A stretch of DNA of 64,000 bases from an uncultured Candidatus Saccharibacteria bacterium (GTDB taxonomy: Bacteria; Patescibacteriota; Minisyncoccia; Phycocordibacterales; CSBR16-193), in NCBI GenBank assembly GCA_964559575.1, contig CAZLGQ010000001.1, positions 7,067-71,066 on the forward strand, in the 5' to 3' direction. Below are positions 57,154 through 64,000 of the stretch, in pieces; within the stretch, counting starts at the first letter, position 1, and every line of letters starts with the position of its first letter. The notes under the pieces were generated by a model, which saw only the letters and a program-made list of their open reading frames with translations, was not told the origin of the DNA and did not search any database. The translations under genes and the position numbers were made by a program.

Positions 57154-57183
57154 AAACCCGGCATCCATAACAGAACACCGGGC
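57154..57183 (-). terminator. Intrinsic terminator after the 57190..57501 gene
   Basis: Minus-strand hairpin CCCGGTGTTCTGTTATGGATGCCGGG followed by T7. It lies immediately downstream of the stop at 57190. Confidence 0.45.
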
Positions 57184-57189
57184 AGAAGA

Positions 57190-57501
57190 TCACGTTACAA
57201 CTTGAGATTGGTAAAGTAGGTCTATCACCTCTTGCGGATCGAAAAATTCGGTTTCCATTACTACGTAAAAACCATCAACCCATGATGATTTCCAGTAGCT
57301 TCCCAGAGATAATCGAATATCTTTCTCAATAGCGAAAGACTCTAATAAGATCGGAAACCTTATTCTGACTTGATTCGTTGTACAATCGAAGTTAAAGACA
57401 TCAATCGGAACCTGCCACCGGTTAGGTATTTGGACCGACCAATGTTCTGATAGAGAAACAGACCCCTTACTAACTCCGACTGCCAGTAACTTTGCCTCCA
57501 T
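57190..57501 (-). CDS. Hypothetical small protein (GC-enriched), with its own promoter and strong RBS
   Basis: 103-aa ORF preceded by AAAGGAGA 8 nt upstream of the ATG. No family was recognised. The overlapping 57360..57575 ORF was judged spurious. Confidence 0.35.
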   Translation of the reverse strand: MEAKLLAVGVSKGSVSLSEHWSVQIPNRWQVPIDVFNFDCTTNQVRIRFPILLESFAIEKDIRLSLGSYWKSSWVDGFYVVMETEFFDPQEVIDLLYQSQVVT

Positions 57502-57583
57502 TTTAATTTTTTCTCCTTTTGTTGTTGTGATCTCTTTAGATTACCGAAAAAATATTTCTCGGCTATTTTGTGCATCTCTTTAA

Positions 57584-57612
57584 AATATATATGAATATGA
57601 TTTTTATGTCAA
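57584..57612 (-). promoter_or_regulatory. Candidate sigma-70-type promoter for the 57190..57501 gene
   Basis: Minus strand TTGACA (57612..57607), a 17-nt spacer, then TATATT (57589..57584). It sits in the 125-nt gap downstream of the ABC ATPase gene. Confidence 0.3.
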
Positions 57613-57626
57613 AAAAAGTTAAATTA

Positions 57627-58310
57627 CTAATCAATAGCCAAAACAGTTCCATCATCAATCTTAATTATCCGATCAGCATAACTAAGTTGATTTTTTTCAT
57701 GAGTAGCTAAAACAATAGTGATCCCTCTTTGATTCATCTCTGATATCAGCTCAATTATCTCTTCAGATCGCTTAGAATCAAGATTAGCGGTCGGTTCATC
57801 AGCAAAAAGAATTTTGGGCTGATTAGCTACTGCACGAGCAATAGAAACCCTTTGACTTTCACCTCCGGAAAGCTGAGAAGGTAAGTTATTTAACTGTTTA
57901 TCTAACCCGATCTGAGTCAAGATATCTATTGATTCAGTTTTTATCTTACTCCAATCTGATCTTCTTTCCATGAGTGGTAACATAACATTTTCCAAAGCAG
58001 TTAACTCTGGTAATAACGCATAACTTTGAAAAACAAAACCAAAATTATTCAATCGGCACTTAGCATCTTTTTTATCAGAAAAAGCCCCGGTATCACAGTT
58101 TTGAAAAACCACTCTACCTTCAGTCGGTCGATCCAATAAACTGAGAATATAAAGTAAAGTACTTTTACCTGAACCTGAAGGACCGGTTATGGCCAAAAAC
58201 TCACCTTCTTTAATTTGCAAGTTAACCTGCTTTAAAACCGATGTCTCCTTGGAACCATTAGTATAAATTTTAGATATATTTTCAGCTGTTAAAATTATTT
58301 TTTTACTCAT
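57627..58310 (-). CDS. ABC transporter ATP-binding protein (MacB/LolD-like)
   Basis: Walker A GPSGSGKSTLL, signature LSGGESQRVSIARA and Walker B ILFADEPT. Confidence 0.85.
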   Translation of the reverse strand: MSKKIILTAENISKIYTNGSKETSVLKQVNLQIKEGEFLAITGPSGSGKSTLLYILSLLDRPTEGRVVFQNCDTGAFSDKKDAKCRLNNFGFVFQSYALLPELTALENVMLPLMERRSDWSKIKTESIDILTQIGLDKQLNNLPSQLSGGESQRVSIARAVANQPKILFADEPTANLDSKRSEEIIELISEMNQRGITIVLATHEKNQLSYADRIIKIDDGTVLAID

Positions 58311-59548
58311 CTTCCTAAAATTGAATCTATTGTATTCCTTTTAGTAACTAAATAAGCCGGAATATATCCCGCTATTAAACTGGAAACTAAAAGAATAACT
58401 ATACGACCTATAGTACCAAACCAAGAAACTTTCAAAATTCCATCACTAAAAGGAAAATCAATTGGATTATCAGCAAAATAGGGTACCAAACCAAGATAGA
58501 TGATAAATAATCCGATCATAACGGCTATAACTGTATAAAAAGCTGATTGTAGAACATAAGAACACTTAATTGTTCCACTATCCAGACCTATTCCTTTTAA
58601 TATACCTATATATCTCTCACGTAATATTGCATTAATAAAAAAAACTATAAATAAAGTAACTGAAGCGACCATTAAACCAATAACTCCAATAAATGATCCT
58701 AATAAACTAAAAGTACTGGAAAGATCATCAAAAAACTGACCCTGACTCTCTTCCCAAGTTTCAACCTGAGCCTCAAAACGATCATTCCATTGATCTAAAT
58801 ACTGTTGAACTAAAAATATTGATGCAGGTTGAACCTTCAGAGAGATTTCATTAGATTCTCGCAAAGTAGTACCTGTAAAAAAACTAAACTCTCGCTTATC
58901 CATAAAAACTCTGTTGTTAATTTCAGAGATCTTAGCCTCCAATATACCACCCACTATATACTCCTTAGATTTATCACCGATAGTTAATTTTAACCGACTA
59001 CCCACTTCAACTTCCTTTAAAGTTTGATCCCCAATAGCTGACTGATACTGATCTAATAATCCACTTCCAATTAAAATCTCTCTACGAGACATATCCCTAT
59101 CTGAATATCTACCTTCTACTAAAAAATCTGAAAGACCAGTTACTTGGTCTTCGTTTAACATATCAATGCCAACTAGTTGAGCATTAATAACATTGCCTTT
59201 GACATTACTTCGTTGTGGTTCTCTAAGATCTTTTTCCAATCGTACATTAGATACTCTCCGGACAGTATAAAATAACACCTCGGGTTGCTCTCTGATCCTG
59301 TCAACCAGTTCATTAGTCCTGATGATGTTTATTTTACCTTCAGCAGGAGTAATGATAATATCACCGGAATAACCATCTCTAAGTTCTTGACTAGCCCCAG
59401 CTACTAAACCATCTAAAATCCCACTGACAAATACCAGATTTAAAAAAGTAGCTGTCATTATAAAAATTATCAAAAAATTAACCCAACCATTTGAATTTTT
59501 GATCTGTCTAGAGGCTAAAAATATACCGATTTTAAATCGTCTAATCAT
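58307..59548 (-). CDS. ABC transporter permease (FtsX/MacB-type)
   Basis: N-terminal TM, a large extracytoplasmic domain, then three C-terminal TM helices typical of the FtsX fold. The stop overlaps the ATPase start by 4 nt. Confidence 0.7.
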   Translation of the reverse strand: MIRRFKIGIFLASRQIKNSNGWVNFLIIFIMTATFLNLVFVSGILDGLVAGASQELRDGYSGDIIITPAEGKINIIRTNELVDRIREQPEVLFYTVRRVSNVRLEKDLREPQRSNVKGNVINAQLVGIDMLNEDQVTGLSDFLVEGRYSDRDMSRREILIGSGLLDQYQSAIGDQTLKEVEVGSRLKLTIGDKSKEYIVGGILEAKISEINNRVFMDKREFSFFTGTTLRESNEISLKVQPASIFLVQQYLDQWNDRFEAQVETWEESQGQFFDDLSSTFSLLGSFIGVIGLMVASVTLFIVFFINAILRERYIGILKGIGLDSGTIKCSYVLQSAFYTVIAVMIGLFIIYLGLVPYFADNPIDFPFSDGILKVSWFGTIGRIVILLVSSLIAGYIPAYLVTKRNTIDSILGR

Positions 59549-59874
59549 AAAAGTAATTGAACTTTATTTTACCTTAATACAAAAAGATAACCAACAGTTT
59601 AAAAAAGATGATCAAAAAATTATAAGTTCAATTAAATTATTGATATAAGATATTAATAAAATAAAAGAAAGTGCTCCAACGGAAATTGGAATGGCTTTTA
59701 TAGTTAATGAGAAAAAATAGAATTAGATGTAAGATATGAAGGGTTTGTATTTTAAGGCAACAAAATCATTCATACTTCAAGCAAAACCGGTAAAGTCCAA
59801 GAAAAATATCTTTTAAATTTTGTAAAAACAGTGACTATTCAAAAGTTCTTTTTTTAAGATCGTTAATTAAAAAA

Positions 59875-61083
59875 TTATAAAGAAACTTTAAACCACTGTC
59901 TTTTACCTACTTTTAAAATTACACCATCTTTAGGGATACTAACTTTAAGATCTTTATCCGCCAAAACCTCTCCATCTAACTTTACAGCACCCTGACCTAT
60001 CAATCGATTTATCTCACTATTACTAATACTTTCCCCCAAACATTCCTTTAAAATATCAAAAAGAGTAATATTTTCTTTTTCAACCTTAACTTCAGGTAGA
60101 TCTTCATCAACTACATTCTTTTTTTGAACCAACTCTATAAATTTTTCTTTAGCTTTTTTAGCCTCCTTTTCTCCATGAAATATCTTTGTAACCTCAAATG
60201 CAGCTTTCATTTTAGCATCACGAGGACTATCAGATTTTAATATCTCATCTATCTCTTCTAAAGTTATTCTGGTGTTATTTATTAATATGATCTCTGTCAT
60301 TTCATCCGATTGTTTCATTACACCTCCAAACATGTCAAAAGGAGTAGAATTCAGAAAAACACCGGTGCCCTTACTTTTTGACATTAACTCTCCAGTTTTA
60401 GGGTTTTCCATTAAATTAACGGTAACAACAAACTTTTCCTTTCCCTTAATTTTATTCAAAAGAGTTCTCCCTACCAATGCATTAAAAGTTTGATCGGTAC
60501 CACATAATTCTACATCAACATCTAAATAAACGCTGTCATATCCTTGCATTAAAGGATACATAAATTCATGAAGATGAATGGGTTTTTCTTCTTTCATCCT
60601 CCTTACAAACATATCTCTCTCCAACATATGTTGAACGGTTACTTTAGAAGCCAAATTGACCACATCTTCCATGGTAAGTGTTGATAGCCAATCAGCATTA
60701 AAAACTATTCTGGGAGGATTATTTTTGTCATCAAAGTTCATAAGTGGTTTAATTTGCTTAAACCACTCTTTAACATTTTCCCTAACCTCATCTCCGGAAA
60801 GTTGTTTTCTAGCACTCATTCTATCACTCGGATCTCCAATACGAGCTGTAAAATCACCAAAAAGCAATATTACTTCGTGTCCTAAAGATCTAAATTCCTC
60901 AAGAAGCATAAAGTTCTTTGCGTGAGACAGATGAAGTGCTGTTGATGTAGGATCAGCTCCTATGTACATCTTCATAGGCTCTGTACTTAAAAGTCGTTCT
61001 CTAAAAAATTCTTTGTCGGGGATTACGTTAGTTATAATTCCTCTATTTAATATATCATCTACTTTCTTTTTTCTTTTTTCCAT
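59875..61083 (-). CDS. tyrS: Tyrosyl-tRNA synthetase
   Basis: HLSH (HIGH-class) motif region ALHLSHAKNF, KMSKS-like LMSKSKGT and a C-terminal S4 domain (LIGQGAVKLDGEVLAD). Confidence 0.85.
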   Translation of the reverse strand: MEKRKKKVDDILNRGIITNVIPDKEFFRERLLSTEPMKMYIGADPTSTALHLSHAKNFMLLEEFRSLGHEVILLFGDFTARIGDPSDRMSARKQLSGDEVRENVKEWFKQIKPLMNFDDKNNPPRIVFNADWLSTLTMEDVVNLASKVTVQHMLERDMFVRRMKEEKPIHLHEFMYPLMQGYDSVYLDVDVELCGTDQTFNALVGRTLLNKIKGKEKFVVTVNLMENPKTGELMSKSKGTGVFLNSTPFDMFGGVMKQSDEMTEIILINNTRITLEEIDEILKSDSPRDAKMKAAFEVTKIFHGEKEAKKAKEKFIELVQKKNVVDEDLPEVKVEKENITLFDILKECLGESISNSEINRLIGQGAVKLDGEVLADKDLKVSIPKDGVILKVGKRQWFKVSL

Positions 61084-61116
61084 AAAAATAATTTAACAGA
61101 TAAATCTTTAACTCTA

Positions 61117-61602
61117 TTAATAATGTATTAAAAAAACATAAACATCAAGTTCACCACTCATCATTTCAACTTCACGACCTCTACCTTCCGGAACAAAGTA
61201 TTTACTTATTCCCATATCTATTGAATAACCATCTATAAAGGGTGACCTTTCTCCAACTGTAGCCCTTAAAAAAAACTGATCTTTAGGTATATCTAAAGAA
61301 ATTTTAGATAATGAAGCAATATTTTTTTGATCTCTTTCCAAAACAAGATATAAATCATCTCCGGTTTCAAGATCATTTTCAATAATAAAATCTTGTAATT
61401 TTGAATTATTTTCTATTTTGTAAGACAGAATTACATAATCACCACGCAAAAAATCCCTAGGATCAACTGGTTGAGTTTCTAAAAAAACTTCTTCACCGGA
61501 AAATAAAGTATACTCGTTTAAAAATATCAATATTCCGAAAAAAATTAATAAAAATCCTAAAAAAATCCAAAGTACTTTTTTATTTATCTTTTTATTTTCC
61601 AT
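61117..61602 (-). CDS. GDYXXLXY-domain protein (membrane-anchored)
   Basis: RDFLRGDYVILSYKIEN contains the GDYxxLxY signature. An N-terminal TM is present. Confidence 0.6.
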   Translation of the reverse strand: MENKKINKKVLWIFLGFLLIFFGILIFLNEYTLFSGEEVFLETQPVDPRDFLRGDYVILSYKIENNSKLQDFIIENDLETGDDLYLVLERDQKNIASLSKISLDIPKDQFFLRATVGERSPFIDGYSIDMGISKYFVPEGRGREVEMMSGELDVYVFLIHY

Positions 61603-61610
61603 ATTTATTA

Positions 61611-62663
61611 TTAATTTCCACTATCAGATTCAACATCCAAAGACTCTTTATAAGAAACTAAAGAGCTATTTTCTTTTTTATATTTAATTAACTTAATATA
61701 ACCCCAAACCATTGCTATTAATATGATCCCAAAACTTAAGAAAAATATACCTGTTTGCATATAATCCCAAAACCAAGCAAAATATCTAGCAACAATATAC
61801 ATCCCTAACCAAAAAAAGGTTGTATGGTGAAGTGAAACCATATAATTTTTATTGGTATACCACATAACAAAAAAGACCGCCCCCAAAAAAAGAATGTTTT
61901 GAATCACTTCAGCTCCCACTATTTCACCCAAAAGAAACAGATCTTCCCTTAAACCAAGAGTTCCAATAAATAAAAAGAGAAATAAAAGCTTAAGTGAAAT
62001 AACTGAAACAGTACTTAAAACAACATTATATAACATCTTTCCAAAAAGTATTTTATTAATCATCCAACTAAACAGTAAAACCATTAACGGAAGTAAATGA
62101 AAAACCTGGATCATAACCCTGGTTTTTTCTCTCCAATCCCAAACACTTGATTCCTGTATAAAATAGAAAACTGATAAATAAAAAAGTACTACTGATATAG
62201 CAGACAAAGCTTTAAATTTAAAAATAAAAGTAAGAGGTAGAGAAAGAAAAAACCATAAAATAAGTAAACTTCCAAAAGAACTATCAATATTATACAACTG
62301 CCCATAAAGACCTATTGAAGCACCTATTAACAAACTACCCAATACAATAAAAGAATTTCCTATTTTAGAATAAATAGGTTTAACGTAACTTAAATAATAA
62401 CCGGCACTAATAGATAAAACCGGCATTGAAAGTATCATAAATAACTTAAAACTTTTAGGAAAATAATACCAATTGGCAGAAATTATGAGGATGATACCTA
62501 AACCTATAAATATAGCCCCTATAATTGCAAGGATTCTGAAAAAACTTTCTGTTGTTGTTTTACTTTGAACCTCATTAAGTATAGCTACCTTTTGCGAAGG
62601 GGTTATTATTTCCTTTTCAACCCAACGATCTGTGTACTTCTTTAATTTTTTCCTAAAAAGCAT
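61611..62663 (-). CDS. Polytopic membrane protein (DUF2157-like), partner of the GDYXXLXY protein
   Basis: 350 aa with about 10 TM helices, immediately upstream of and co-oriented with the GDYXXLXY gene. This is a known conserved gene pair. Confidence 0.5.
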   Translation of the reverse strand: MLFRKKLKKYTDRWVEKEIITPSQKVAILNEVQSKTTTESFFRILAIIGAIFIGLGIILIISANWYYFPKSFKLFMILSMPVLSISAGYYLSYVKPIYSKIGNSFIVLGSLLIGASIGLYGQLYNIDSSFGSLLILWFFLSLPLTFIFKFKALSAISVVLFYLSVFYFIQESSVWDWREKTRVMIQVFHLLPLMVLLFSWMINKILFGKMLYNVVLSTVSVISLKLLFLFLFIGTLGLREDLFLLGEIVGAEVIQNILFLGAVFFVMWYTNKNYMVSLHHTTFFWLGMYIVARYFAWFWDYMQTGIFFLSFGIILIAMVWGYIKLIKYKKENSSLVSYKESLDVESDSGN

Positions 62664-62781
62664 AATAGTATACTAGAGTTTGTAAAATCTAAATTTTTAA
62701 TTAAAATAAATTTAAGCATATTTTAATAAAAAATTTCTTTACTTTTTATTAAAATACACTACTTATATATTATACAAAAAT

Positions 62782-63333
62782 ATGAAAAATAACATAGAAA
62801 TAGAATTACGTTCAGTATTCAATAAAAAGAAATACAATGAGATAAAAAAATTCTTAAAAGAAAAAGCAAAGGATCTTGGAGCTGATAACAAAGATGTGTA
62901 TTTCTTTATAATGCCAGACAAACTTTCAAAAGTAGTTAACAATATATCAAAAGGAGACGCCAAAATCGTCACCAAACTCAACAAGATCGGACAAGGAGAC
63001 TTATTTAAAGAGATCGAAGTTACTATTAATAAAAAAGATTTCGAGAAAGCAGTGAAGTTATTCAAATCACTTGATCTAACCAACAACGTCATGCATTCTT
63101 TCCAACAACGCCATAACTATCTATATAAAGAGGTTGAATTAGCACTCAAATACAGTGAAGTTTGGGGTTATCACCTTGAAATGGAAATAGTTATTAATGG
63201 TCTAAAAAAAGAAAAAGAAGCCAAAAAAAAGCTGTGTTCTGTAGCCAAAGAATTAAATGTTCAAATAATGACAGACGAAGAACTAACAAAATTTACTCAA
63301 AAAGCAGAAAGAAAATACAAACAAAAAAATTAA
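62782..63333 (+). CDS. CYTH-like domain protein, tentative
   Basis: N-terminal MKNNIEIELRSVF (ExExR variant of the ExExK CYTH signature). Length is 183 aa. Confidence 0.4.
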   Translation: MKNNIEIELRSVFNKKKYNEIKKFLKEKAKDLGADNKDVYFFIMPDKLSKVVNNISKGDAKIVTKLNKIGQGDLFKEIEVTINKKDFEKAVKLFKSLDLTNNVMHSFQQRHNYLYKEVELALKYSEVWGYHLEMEIVINGLKKEKEAKKKLCSVAKELNVQIMTDEELTKFTQKAERKYKQKN

Positions 63334-64000
63334 TTTCCTGCCAACTGCCCACATGCACTTTCAATATCAGCGCCAAAACTATGCCTTCTGGTTACTTTAA
63401 CCCCTTTCCTTTCCAAAAATTCCTTAAACTCCTCTATTCTCTTTACTGAAGACTGTTTAAACGAACCGGTTGGGTTATATGATATTAAATTTACTACATA
63501 GAGTCGGTCTTTCATTATTTCTGCTAACTCTTTAGCATGTACACCGGAATCATTCACTCCTTCCAATAACATATATTCAAACATTACTTGCCTATTTGTT
63601 TTCTTGGTATATTGAATAACCGCTTCCATTAAACTTTCTATAGGATATTTACGATTTATAGGCATCAACTTAGAGCGTGTTTTATTGTCCGGTGCATGAA
63701 GTGAAATAGCTAAATTAACCTGAAGACCTTCTTTGCTTAACTTTTCTATTCCTTCAACCACTCCTGCAGTTGAAATAGAAAAATTCCTGGCACCCAAACC
63801 AAACCCCTCTTCATCATTTAATATTCTTATAACACTGATCACATTATCATAATTCAAAAAAGGTTCTCCCATTCCCATAAAAACAATGTTAGTAACTCTC
63901 TCCTTTTTTTTCTTTAAAAGCCGAGCAAACAACAGAACCTGTATGATCATCTCCCAAGAAGAAAGGTTCCTTTTAAATCCCATCATACCGGTTGCACAAA
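63330..64000 (-). CDS. rlmN: 23S rRNA (adenine2503-C2)-methyltransferase RlmN (radical SAM), partial; N-terminus lies beyond the window end
   Basis: MGMGEPFLNYDNVISVIRIL, FSISTAGVVEGIEKL and the upstream in-frame ...CATGMMGFKRNL (end of the CxxxCxxC radical-SAM motif) all match RlmN. The frame stays open to position 64000. Confidence 0.75.
   Translation of the reverse strand, partial: CATGMMGFKRNLSSWEMIIQVLLFARLLKKKKERVTNIVFMGMGEPFLNYDNVISVIRILNDEEGFGLGARNFSISTAGVVEGIEKLSKEGLQVNLAISLHAPDNKTRSKLMPINRKYPIESLMEAVIQYTKKTNRQVMFEYMLLEGVNDSGVHAKELAEIMKDRLYVVNLISYNPTGSFKQSSVKRIEEFKEFLERKGVKVTRRHSFGADIESACGQLAGN

Noticed and set aside
57360-57575. 71-aa ORF overlapping the 103-aa gene in another frame (possible frameshifted gene)
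   Set aside because: Its ATG lies only about 6 nt downstream of the predicted -10 element, so it has no RBS. The frame of the 103-aa ORF has a stop 14 codons upstream of its own ATG, so the two cannot be joined by a single frameshift. The 103-aa ORF has a strong SD. The overlap ORF was judged spurious.

Overview
This is an AT-rich (about 30% GC), gene-dense bacterial window with compact, mostly minus-strand operons. It has the look of a reduced genome of the Candidate Phyla Radiation (CPR) type.

Housekeeping content includes five aminoacyl-tRNA synthetases (LeuRS, CysRS, TrpRS, TyrRS, and RlmN partial at the 3' edge is not one; see features), XseAB, YchF, MreB, MurA, PriA-like, Def and Fmt, HPF, anaerobic RNR NrdDG, ProB, one tRNA-Asn(GUU), an ABC exporter, a serpin, an Elp3-like protein and cell-wall enzymes (D-Ala-D-Ala dipeptidase, Asp/Glu racemase, FemAB-like, PG-binding protein). 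The synthetases are LeuRS, CysRS, TrpRS and TyrRS.

The most notable observations are:
1. A 1149-aa LeuRS carries two inserted house-cleaning NTP-pyrophosphatase domains: an ITPase/Ham1-like domain and a Nudix domain with a perfect Nudix box.
2. Two or three compositionally foreign GC-rich islands are present. One encodes an ATP-grasp ligase. One encodes an ArgA-like AAK-GNAT protein plus an ArgE-like M20 deacylase. A third, about 600 bp, encodes two small zinc-ribbon proteins.
3. An XRE-type HTH domain is fused to MurA.
4. A GC-rich, highly structured intergenic RNA candidate lies at 27.75-28.08 kb, and a candidate cobalamin-riboswitch-like leader precedes nrdDG.
5. A DNPH1-like gene is frameshifted in an A8 homopolymer.
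6. A tandem array of three palindromic hairpins shows compensatory stem extensions.
7. An inverted pair of paralogous membrane-anchored proteins lies about 13 kb apart.

No CRISPR array, rRNA gene or recognisable transposase is present.
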